64,000 bases of DNA from contig JAANOX010000256.1 in assembly GCA_020184695.1 (NCBI GenBank), forward strand, positions 302,597 through 366,596, in the 5' to 3' direction. The notes under the pieces are model-generated. The model worked only from the letters and a program-made list of their open reading frames with translations, ran no database searches and was not told the origin of the DNA. Position numbers and translations under genes: made by a program. This stretch comes from Histomonas meleagridis 2922-C6/04-290x. Its lineage: Eukaryota; Protista; Parabasalia. Of this stretch, positions 35,330 to 45,060 are shown piece by piece (the first letter of the stretch is position 1; each line of letters starts with the position of its first letter).

Positions 35330-36600
35330 TAATTTGATAAAGGCTTTGGTTTGAACTCATCATAGTCATTGTAAATATCAAGATCATAAAAATTATTTTC
35401 TATTTTGTTATGAAGTGAATTCTAAACTTATGCAAAAAATGGATTAACTTTTGATATTGTATCATAACTCCAGGGAATTGGTCGCATTCAGGACACCAAT
35501 GACCACCTTTAATACTGTATTTGGTGTCATATGAAATATATGTCCAAAAGCATATTTCCTTTTTAATTGTGTAAATAAACAGCCTTTTCTCAATCCATCT
35601 GATTAACATTCACTACCTCTAAATTTTGCAGCTTCTTTCATATTATTTAGATTTAATTCATTAATTGGGTTTGTTTCATCATAACCATGATTTAAAATAA
35701 TAGCTTTATCCGATGATAGCATAAGATCTGTTTTCCCCATTTTTTGTGTAATAATTCCCTTTGTTTATATGATCCAAAAAATGCATTGATGCATTCTTCT
35801 TTATTTATAATCCGAATCTTTTATCATTTACAATAAGTAATAAGACTCATGTATGTGAATAAAGTTTGCAAAAAAGAAATAATAACAAAAAACCATGGTG
35901 ATTTTTTTTTAAATAATACGATATTCTTTGAATGGAATATTATGTCTAAAGTGAAAAATATTATATATTTCATCAGATATCTAAAACCATTGACCCAGAA
36001 AATTAGGTGTAATTAACCAATTCGGTTCAAATATTATCTTTGGTGCATCATGACTTATCCCAATTGAATAAAGAATTTTTTCTTCAAATTCATAATCTAA
36101 GGAAAAGACAATAGGAAGTTGCATTATCATCAAGGAGTTGCTCTTTCAAGAACACAACGTTAAACAATATGGAAAACCATCGTTCGAATAATATAAAGAA
36201 TACCTTTGTGTAAAATATTAGAGTGACGTAAAGATACCCAATGTTTTACATATAGTTCTGCAAAAATTCGTTCTACTCTTGAACTTTAGGTGCACCATAA
36301 TTATCATTAATTGAAATACTAAATAGATCTCCACATCTTTTCAAATGAAATGGATCAAAACAGTTAGAGCAACTGCTCTATATAAACAACTTAAATGTAA
36401 TTGAACAATATTTTCTGCTCAGTTACATTGGTTGCAAATGTTTCTTTTGGAACAAAATCAGCACGTGGTGCAACTGATCCTCCAATATGTCATACATATT
36501 TACAACCATCAATCGCTTTTTTAACATCATCATAATTATGCTTCAAATCTTCTCAAACTATTGTTACTCTTAGATCTTCTATCTGGATCCAGATTTAAAT
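35330..36600 (-). pseudogene. Decayed bacterial-type NAD-dependent epimerase/dehydratase (SDR) with C-terminal Zn-ribbon
   Basis: Reconstructable fragments in order: VTIV*EDL..YDDVKKAIDGCKYV*HIGGSVAPRADFVP; RCGD..SISINDNYG..K; DYEFEEKIL.SIG...KIIFEPNW; HGYDETNPINEL....MKEAAKFRG; KGGHWCPEC; PWSYDTISKVNPFFA*V*. Many stops and frameshifts. Limits approximate. Confidence 0.75.
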
Positions 36601-36756
36601 GAAAAATGAAAATGAGTATTCTCATATTTGAATTTCTCATCTGAACTTCAATCAAAATAATTATTTTTTTATAAAAGAAAATCAAACCTTAAAACAGTAA
36701 TAACAACTTTAAGTAATAAATAAATTAATTTTTTTTTTATAAAATTACATTCATAT

Positions 36757-38307
36757 TCATATACCTAATTGTTTAGAAACTTCGAGTCGAACCAAATTTG
36801 AAACTCCCGCTGTAATATCCTCCGCCTTTACTTGTAATATTCCATCGATATCGACTGAAAATGTCACCTTAATTTTCGGCTTTTCTTTATTCTTTTTGAT
36901 ATTATGCAATTCCAAAAACCCGAGGAATTTGTTATTAGCAGTTAACTCGTCTTCGCCCATAAATATTTTAATTTTTACATAACCCTGATTTTCATTTTGC
37001 GTAGTATAGAAATGTGGAGAACAAAGTGGTGTTGGAACTTTTGTTCCTTTCTTAATTATTATATCCATATACTTACTTTCGTTTTCGACGCCTAAAGAAT
37101 GTGAAACGATCGGCCTATAAATTATGATCGGATATTCATCATCATCGTCATGTTTGCTTAAATTAGCAGCGACAATTGCAGCTCCTCTAACTACAGCTTC
37201 TTCAGGATCAATATTTTTGCATACTTTTTCTGCACCAAACATTTTCTTGATCTTGTCTACAACTGCTGGGATTCGCGATGAACCTCCGACCATTATAACA
37301 TAATCAACTTTTGATTTGTCAATTCCTGCTTCTGTTAATGCAGCGTTGATAGGTTTTTTTATCTTTTTAAATAAATCATGATTTAATTCATTAAATTCGG
37401 CATCTGTTAATATATCGGAATAATCAATTCCATTAATTAAAGATGGGCAAAATAAATTATATCTTTTGGCTTTCGATAATGTAATTTTTGCCTTTTCACA
37501 ATATTCTTTAAGATTAAGAACAACACGAGGTTCATTAAAAATATCTATATGATGCTTTGCTTTAAAACGTTCGGCAAAATGTTTTAAAAGAATATTATCA
37601 ATATCTTGACCACCAAGATGCATATCACCTTGATTAGCTAAAACTTCAAAATCATCTTTCAGGACAGAAAGAATCGAAACATCAAGAGTACCACCTCCAA
37701 AATCAAAGACAAGAATGATTTTTTGGTCATCATATTTTTCTTGATGACCATATGCAATAGCTGCAGCAGTTGGCTCGGAAATAATTCGTAATACATTAAG
37801 CCCAGCTTTTTGACCTGCTTTTTTGGTGGCTTCTATTTGTTTAAAATCAAAATATGCAGGAACAGTAATGACTACATTAGTGACATTTGTGCTTAAATAT
37901 TTACTGGCAATATTTTTCATATGTTTCAAGAGATATGAAGATATGTCAACAGGCGAATATGTTTCTTCTTTCCCTTTAAATGAAACTTGAACCATTGGAG
38001 AATTGTCTGGACCCCGAATAACTTTAAATGGCCAAAGCTTCATGTCATTTTGGATAACAGGATCGTCAAATTTAAGTCCAAGCATTCGCTTCGAATCATA
38101 TACAGCAGATTTGGGGTAAAAAACAGCTTGGTCTTTTGCTGTTTGTCCAGCTATTATTTCATCATTAGTAAATGTAACATAGGAAGGAACAGAATGAGAT
38201 CCATTATGATCATTTATTATATCGATACTCTTATTTTTGAATATTCCAACGCTGCAGTAAGTTGTCCCAAGATCAATTCCAATCACTGGAGTATCATCTA
38301 CTTCCAT
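36757..38307 (-). CDS. HSP70: Hsp70-family protein (NBD plus SBD-beta, no lid or EEVD)
   Basis: GIDLGTTY, VITVPAYF, ISEPTAAAIAYG, FDFGGGTLDVS, VGGSSRIP. The likely start is the ATG at 38307 (MEVDDTP), giving 516 aa. Confidence 0.9.
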   Translation of the reverse strand: MEVDDTPVIGIDLGTTYCSVGIFKNKSIDIINDHNGSHSVPSYVTFTNDEIIAGQTAKDQAVFYPKSAVYDSKRMLGLKFDDPVIQNDMKLWPFKVIRGPDNSPMVQVSFKGKEETYSPVDISSYLLKHMKNIASKYLSTNVTNVVITVPAYFDFKQIEATKKAGQKAGLNVLRIISEPTAAAIAYGHQEKYDDQKIILVFDFGGGTLDVSILSVLKDDFEVLANQGDMHLGGQDIDNILLKHFAERFKAKHHIDIFNEPRVVLNLKEYCEKAKITLSKAKRYNLFCPSLINGIDYSDILTDAEFNELNHDLFKKIKKPINAALTEAGIDKSKVDYVIMVGGSSRIPAVVDKIKKMFGAEKVCKNIDPEEAVVRGAAIVAANLSKHDDDDEYPIIIYRPIVSHSLGVENESKYMDIIIKKGTKVPTPLCSPHFYTTQNENQGYVKIKIFMGEDELTANNKFLGFLELHNIKKNKEKPKIKVTFSVDIDGILQVKAEDITAGVSNLVRLEVSKQLGI

Positions 38308-38890
38308 TTTGGAAAAAAATAAAAAATGTACTAAAAAATGCCAATTAAGAAGGATATCGGCTTGTATTGAATTTCCGTTCAAATACATGTTTTTGTTGTA
38401 TGTAGACATTTTATGCTTATAATGCGTTTTTGAAGAAAAATTAAAGAAATTTTTACACATATTGATCAAGATTGCGACAATGATGAAATTTATGTGTATT
38501 AAAATATACTTTATAAAAACTCTTTAATTCAAACATGTTTCAAAAAGTAAAAATTAAATAAATTTATTCATTTCAATATACTAACATCTTTAAAGATATT
38601 GTGAGTTACCATAAAATAGCGGATATCCATTCTCTATATGTTTTTGAAAAATGTTTCATTTCTGATACCAAAAGAATTCTAGAATATAATTCTATTTTGC
38701 TGAAAAAGTTATTTTTTAACAGCCATTAAAACCATTTTTAATTTCATGGAAAGATGTGAAAGTAAAGTTGAATCTATTATTCATTAATGCAATAAAATTA
38801 AATAATATTCAAATGTTAATTCATTAAGTTTTCTCATGTTAAGTAGTTATTCATTAATGAATCCGAATAAAACGTATGCGCTTTCGATAC

Positions 38891-38932
38891 TTTTTATTTT
38901 TATTTTTATTTTTATTTTTATTTTTATTTTTA
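38891..38932. repeat. (TTTTTA)n hexanucleotide microsatellite
   Basis: 7 tandem TTTTTA units. Confidence 0.9.
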
Positions 38933-40358
38933 TTTATTTATTTTATATATATATTTTCATTTCTTGATATGTTCACTCAATCTGAATCATCACTTTCGTC
39001 GTAATCGTTTTTCATTTTTTTGCTTTTTTTAAGTATAAGTCGATCTCTTTTATCTAATTCGTGTCCTTTGTCCTCTAAATTCTGTTGTTGTTTCATTATT
39101 CGTTGTACAGTTTCACGCGGATCATTTAAATCATGCACATCTTCGTCATATCTACATCTTATTCGATTTCATTATCATCGAAACTTTGCATTTCATCTGT
39201 TTTATTATTCAGACGTCTTAAATTCTTGCTAAATTCTTTACGTGCATTACGCAAAAGTTTCAACAAATTTCGGTAATCGAGAAATTAATGTTTTAGAAAA
39301 TTGTAATGCACTACGAAATACTTCTGATGTCGGATTAGGATAAGTAGCCTTAAGACATATTAAACAAAATTATCCGAGAAATTCAAAGTTATAATATTTT
39401 TTGCAAATTTGTTTATGATATATTCAATAGCATCAATTGCATCACTTACAAAATTACAAGAATTCGATGCGCCACCAACAGATATATGTAATATAGGGTG
39501 TTAATGTTTGGACATTCATTGACGCTTCACGTGTTTTTGATCCATGTTCTTTTAATTAATTAAAAGCTGCTCCAACGGCTTCTGGTAAAAAACTATTTAA
39601 CATTTCATCATCATTTTCTATATTTGGTATTTGTAATAATATTAACATTATTAATAATCAATAACTTAATGCTGATGTGGCTGAGCTTCTGTTGTAATAT
39701 TTAACGCATTAGGTAAATCAGTTGTGAACTTTGGATACATGATGCATGATATGCAATTTTTCTTGGATTCTCTTTGTGAACAGATGGCTTCATTTATTAA
39801 GGAAAGAATGAATGCATTCATTATATGAACGCCTGGTTAATTCATAGTGACCGGATTGGCTAGTGCTAACTTCTAAAACAATTTTTCTGGTTGTTTTTAA
39901 ACAATCACAATTTTTGTATACTTTTGTATGTTTTTAAATTTTTCTCGATGGCTTTTATTACTTTTTGTGAAATTTACTCCAGTTTTTCAGGCTCAAAAAT
40001 ATTTTTCCCTGTACTCTAATGAGGAACACTAGCGAAACTAACAATGCTCAGGCACTTAAAACCCCAGAAAAACACCACTTATCTAAGAAAAACTAGATTA
40101 CATCTCATATATTACTATCGCTCGAAGAAATTATTTCTAAATTAAACGAAAAAAATTTCAAAGAATCTACCAAACTTGTGAAGAAACTTTTTGATAATAA
40201 TGATACATCTTTATTTAATGTCATTTTTATTCGTTTAATATATTCATCAATTAATATACAAATACATAAAGATTTTATTTTATATTTTTCCTTTTCTCTT
40301 GTGTAAATTGCTTTGGTTGAGACCATTCGACCGTTAACTCCTTTGGTCGTGATCAAAA

Positions 40359-43300
40359 ATGGAATTCCAAGAAGTTCGTTCACCAATTTCTTCAGTAAAA
40401 TTCACTTCTTATACGAAAGAAGATATAGAATCTTTTAGTGTTCTCCCAATAACTGGAAGTGGTATTTTTGATCATTCTGGAAATCCAATTAAAGAAGGTG
40501 TTTATGATCCTCGCTTAGGTGCCACAGAAAATAGTCAAAAATGTGAAATATGCGGCCAAAATGCTTGGAATTGTAATGGTCACTTTGGTCATATTCATTT
40601 ATCAAGACCAGTTTATCATCCTTTTTACATCAAAAATTTGAGGCAATTAATTTGTGGCATGTGCCCACATTGTAACATGCTTCGAATCCCAGAACAAATT
40701 GTAATCCAAGTTGAATTGTCTCTTAAACTTGTTGCTCGCGGTTTTGTTATCGAACATGATTTTATGAATTTTGTTGATGATGGCGAACAACAGCTTAAAG
40801 AAAAGATAAGAGTTATGGAAGAAGTAATTCATTCGACTCCAGTTATTCCACCAAACTCTTATACATCTTCAATGCGTTCAACAATCATCAAAACTTTTCT
40901 TTCCAAGATCGCAACCTATAAGAAAATATGTTCAAATTGTCAAAGTGGTTGTTCAGAACTCAAATTCGATTCATTTCATTTTCAATTTGTTAACAATAAC
41001 GATGCATCTTTTGTTCCAATCGAAAACATCAAAGAATTACTTTACAAATTTTATGAAAAAAATCAATCTTTCTACAATGAATTCTTTTCTGATATTGGCC
41101 CAAGTCAATTTTTCATTGAAACAGTATGTGTCACACCATCAAAGTTCCGTCCAGCAAGTGTTTTAGGCGATAAAATCAATGCTCATCCATCATCATCTGC
41201 ATTAGCAGATATTGTTAAATCTGAAATATCACTTGCAAAATCTATAGCTGATGGTGACAAAGATGGAATTAATAATAACCATTCTCGTCTTCAATCAAGT
41301 GTTAATGCATTTTTCGATAATACTCTTGTTAAAAGTAATAAGAAACTTCCACATGGCATTCGTCAAATTCTTGAAAAGAAAGAAGGTCTCTTTCGTAAAA
41401 ATCTTATGGGTAAACGTGTAAACTTTTCTGCACGTTCAGTTATTACACCAGATCCATATATTTCAACAGATGAAATTGGGGTACCCGAAATTTTTGCCAA
41501 AACCCTATCGTACCCAGAAAAAGTCACAGAATTCAACAAAGATAAACTGTCAAAACTGATTCTAAACGGTCCCGACGTTTATCCAGGAGCAAACTTTATA
41601 ACAAATGGTGAAGGACGTACTTATAGGTTAGCAAACATGACCGATCAAGAAAGAAACAAATTTGCAAAGATGATTTATTCTAATGATGGTTCAATGCCAA
41701 TTATTGTTGGTCGACATGTTCAAGATGGTGATTTTGTTTTAATTAATCGTCAACCAACTCTTCACCGTGTTTCAATTTTAGGTATGAAAGCACGTGTTTT
41801 ACCAAATCAAAAAACATTACGTATGCATTATAGTAATTGTGCCTCATTTAATGCAGATTTTGATGGTGATGAAATCAATTTACATCTTTTACAAAATGAA
41901 TTAGGAAGATCTGAAGCAAAGAATTTATCATTATCATCAATTCATTATGTAACACCTACAGCAGGAAATCCAATTCGAGGTTTAATTCAAGATCATGTAG
42001 ATTCAGGTGCTTTACTTACAATGAAAGATAAGTTCTTTACATATTCCCAATATTCACAACTTGTATTTTCTGCCTTTGGTAATGAACCTAATTGTCGTTT
42101 AATATTACTTCAACCAGCAGTTATTTATCCAAAACAACTTTGGACAGGTAAACAAGTCATATCGACAATTTTGATAAACCTTACAAAAGACAAGGAACCG
42201 TTAATGCTCACATCAAAAAGCAAGTTCACTAATCAACTTTTACGTAGTGATCCAGAAGAATGTAATGTTTGTTTCTTTGATTCTGAATTAATGTATGGTA
42301 TCATGGATAAAGCACAATATGGTGCATCTACATATGGTTTAGTTCATAGTCTTTTTGAGCTTTATGGAAGTCAATTAGCTGGTCGATTTCTTACAATGTT
42401 ATCATGTTTATTTACATATTATTTACAAACACATGGATTTACATGTGGTATAGATGATATGGTAATTACGCATAGAGCTGAACATATTCGTAATGAAATG
42501 AATCAAAAAATGAAAGAAGCAGCAAAAGAAGCAGGTCAAAGCTTTGTTAAAGAATATGGATCACCAGCAAAATCACATTTACCATTTAAGCAACAACTTC
42601 TTGAATTAGTTATGAAGCCAGACTTAAAGGAACGTTTTGATAATCATATGAAGAATGCAATTAATCCAATAGCCACAGAGATTATTTCCGCCATCTTTCC
42701 ATTAAAATTATCGAAAAGATTTCCAAAGAATTGTTTAATTACAATGACACAATCCGGAGCTAAAGGATCAGTCGTTAACTTATCACAAATGGCATGTTTA
42801 TTAGGACAACAAGAACTTGAAGGTAAACGTGTACCATTTATGTCATCAGGTAAATCATTACCATCATTTAAACCAATGAAATTAGCGCCTATAGCAGGTG
42901 GGTTTATTAGTAGTCGATTCTTAACAGGTTTAAAGCCACAAGAATATTACTTCCATTGTATGGCAGGACGTGAAGGACTTACAGATACTGCAGTTAAGAC
43001 AGCTAACACTGGATATTTACAACGATGTATCATTAAACATATGGAAGGAATTCGTGTAGCATATGATGGTACAGTTCGTAATAGTGATGATAATATTATC
43101 CAATTTTTATATGGCGAAGATGGAATTGATCCAATGAATAACAAATATATCGAAAAATTTGAGTTCATGGAAGATAATTATAATGCATATTTAAGCAAAT
43201 TAAATATTAGTGAATTAATGGAAAAAGCAGAATGTGAAGAAGCGATGAATTTACTTGATTCGAAAGAAGAACGTATTAATCCAATCCAATCAATATATCC

Positions 43301-44741
43301 ACCACATATTCATGTCGGTTCTATTAGTGAATCATTTGAGAAATCATTAAATTCATATTGTGAAAATGAAAATATAGAACATAAAATTGATCCCGAAAAA
43401 CTTAAAGCTATAGCATTATTTAACTACTTTAAGTCACAAATTCAACCAGGTGAAATTGTAGGAATTATAGCTGCACAAGCTATAGGTGAACCAGCTACAC
43501 AAATGACATTAAATACTTTTCACTTGGCAGGTTATGGTGGCGCTAATGTTACATTAGGTATTCCACGTTTACGTGAAATTTTAGTTGTTGCTACACATTC
43601 ACCAATTACACCGACAATGTCTATACCATTAAAGATTCAAAATGATAAAGAAGAAGCAGAGAAATTTGTTTCTAAATTTAAACGAGTTTCACTTAAAGAA
43701 ATTATTAAGTCATATAAAATCATTGAAGACTTTAATGTTAAAAATGAAGTTAAACGTAATCGAATCATTACAATCATATTAAAATTTAATGAAGAACAAT
43801 TTAATAAATGGAATTTATATGAAGATGAAAAGTTGTTAACATTAAAACGTAAATTCTCATCATTACTTAAAAAGAAAATTAATTCAATACTTAAGTCGAC
43901 AGGAATTAAAATTAATGAAGTGAATAATGACGACTTAACATTAAATGCAAATTCTAATCAACGTTATGAAGAAATGGGTGCCGATTTAAGTAAAAAGAAC
44001 ACACGTAAAAATGAACAAAATTCATATGAAGCAGATGACGATGAAAATGGTGAAACAAATAATAGTAAAAATAATAAAAAGAAAAAGTCAAATGATAATG
44101 ATGATGATGAACCTAAAAATGATGAAGACAAAATGGAATTAGATATTAATTTAGAAGAACTATCAATGTTTGTACGATTTAATATCTCAAATGTAAACAT
44201 TAAAATATTATTGGATTCAATCATCGAAAATGTATTAAATGAAATTAAAATCCAAGAAATTAAAGGCGTAACTAAAGCTAATTATACTTTCAATAAGAAT
44301 GGTCAAGTTGTAATAAACACAGAAGGTTATAACTTCGATGAAATTATCGAAAATGATTTAGTCGATATAAATCACTTCTATACAAATCATATCTATGGTA
44401 TATTGGAACATTTCGGTATAGAAGCTGCAAGAAATGCAATAATTAAAGAAGTACAAAATGTATTTAATGCTTATTCGATATCAATCGATAAAAGACATTT
44501 GCAATTAATCGCTGATTACGTAACAAACACTGGTGAATGGTTGGGAATGAGCAGACATTCAATGAAGTGCTGCCCTTCGCCTTTCCAACAAATGTCTTTC
44601 GAAACAACAACGCAATTCTTATCTTACGCATCGTTACATGGAAGTAAGGACAATATGAAGTCACCTTCCGCGTGTTTGTCAGTGGGTAATGTGGTGAATG
44701 CAGGCTCCGGTTTGTGTGAAATTATGGTACCGTTTGAGTGA
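40359..44741 (+). CDS. POLR1A: RNA polymerase I largest subunit (A190)
   Basis: Zn clamp C..C......C.GHFGHI, FRKNLMGKRVNFSARSVI.PD, catalytic NADFDGDE, Pol I-type ANVTLGIPRLREIL, acidic insertion near the C-terminus, no CTD heptads. Confidence 0.95.
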   Translation: MEFQEVRSPISSVKFTSYTKEDIESFSVLPITGSGIFDHSGNPIKEGVYDPRLGATENSQKCEICGQNAWNCNGHFGHIHLSRPVYHPFYIKNLRQLICGMCPHCNMLRIPEQIVIQVELSLKLVARGFVIEHDFMNFVDDGEQQLKEKIRVMEEVIHSTPVIPPNSYTSSMRSTIIKTFLSKIATYKKICSNCQSGCSELKFDSFHFQFVNNNDASFVPIENIKELLYKFYEKNQSFYNEFFSDIGPSQFFIETVCVTPSKFRPASVLGDKINAHPSSSALADIVKSEISLAKSIADGDKDGINNNHSRLQSSVNAFFDNTLVKSNKKLPHGIRQILEKKEGLFRKNLMGKRVNFSARSVITPDPYISTDEIGVPEIFAKTLSYPEKVTEFNKDKLSKLILNGPDVYPGANFITNGEGRTYRLANMTDQERNKFAKMIYSNDGSMPIIVGRHVQDGDFVLINRQPTLHRVSILGMKARVLPNQKTLRMHYSNCASFNADFDGDEINLHLLQNELGRSEAKNLSLSSIHYVTPTAGNPIRGLIQDHVDSGALLTMKDKFFTYSQYSQLVFSAFGNEPNCRLILLQPAVIYPKQLWTGKQVISTILINLTKDKEPLMLTSKSKFTNQLLRSDPEECNVCFFDSELMYGIMDKAQYGASTYGLVHSLFELYGSQLAGRFLTMLSCLFTYYLQTHGFTCGIDDMVITHRAEHIRNEMNQKMKEAAKEAGQSFVKEYGSPAKSHLPFKQQLLELVMKPDLKERFDNHMKNAINPIATEIISAIFPLKLSKRFPKNCLITMTQSGAKGSVVNLSQMACLLGQQELEGKRVPFMSSGKSLPSFKPMKLAPIAGGFISSRFLTGLKPQEYYFHCMAGREGLTDTAVKTANTGYLQRCIIKHMEGIRVAYDGTVRNSDDNIIQFLYGEDGIDPMNNKYIEKFEFMEDNYNAYLSKLNISELMEKAECEEAMNLLDSKEERINPIQSIYPPHIHVGSISESFEKSLNSYCENENIEHKIDPEKLKAIALFNYFKSQIQPGEIVGIIAAQAIGEPATQMTLNTFHLAGYGGANVTLGIPRLREILVVATHSPITPTMSIPLKIQNDKEEAEKFVSKFKRVSLKEIIKSYKIIEDFNVKNEVKRNRIITIILKFNEEQFNKWNLYEDEKLLTLKRKFSSLLKKKINSILKSTGIKINEVNNDDLTLNANSNQRYEEMGADLSKKNTRKNEQNSYEADDDENGETNNSKNNKKKKSNDNDDDEPKNDEDKMELDINLEELSMFVRFNISNVNIKILLDSIIENVLNEIKIQEIKGVTKANYTFNKNGQVVINTEGYNFDEIIENDLVDINHFYTNHIYGILEHFGIEAARNAIIKEVQNVFNAYSISIDKRHLQLIADYVTNTGEWLGMSRHSMKCCPSPFQQMSFETTTQFLSYASLHGSKDNMKSPSACLSVGNVVNAGSGLCEIMVPFE

Positions 44742-45060
44742 ATAAATAAAATTATAAATTAATTTCTGAATAATATTTAAATGAGCAGTGAATAAAAATG
44801 GGTAAACAGCTTTTACCACATTATGAAGATTCATCTTTTGACATTCTCCACTTTTTGCGTTGTCTTTGATCACATCAATTAACTTTTTAAATGATTTATT
44901 ATGTTCATGCACTTTTTGGGAGATTAAATTTAATTCAATAAGTGGTAATTGGCAAAATAGTCATAATTCATTTTTTCAATGCTTTATGCCGATTGTAAAA
45001 TATACGAATCGATCAATAACTAATTCACAAATTTCTATTTTATTCTGTGAAGAATAAACA

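Noticed and set aside
38308-38469. 54-aa N-terminal extension on Hsp70 (also the extensions on TGT, RICTOR, glycogen synthase and EB1 in the ORF track)
   Set aside because: These extensions come from alternative (mostly non-ATG) or upstream starts in low-complexity sequence. Homology begins at the downstream ATG.
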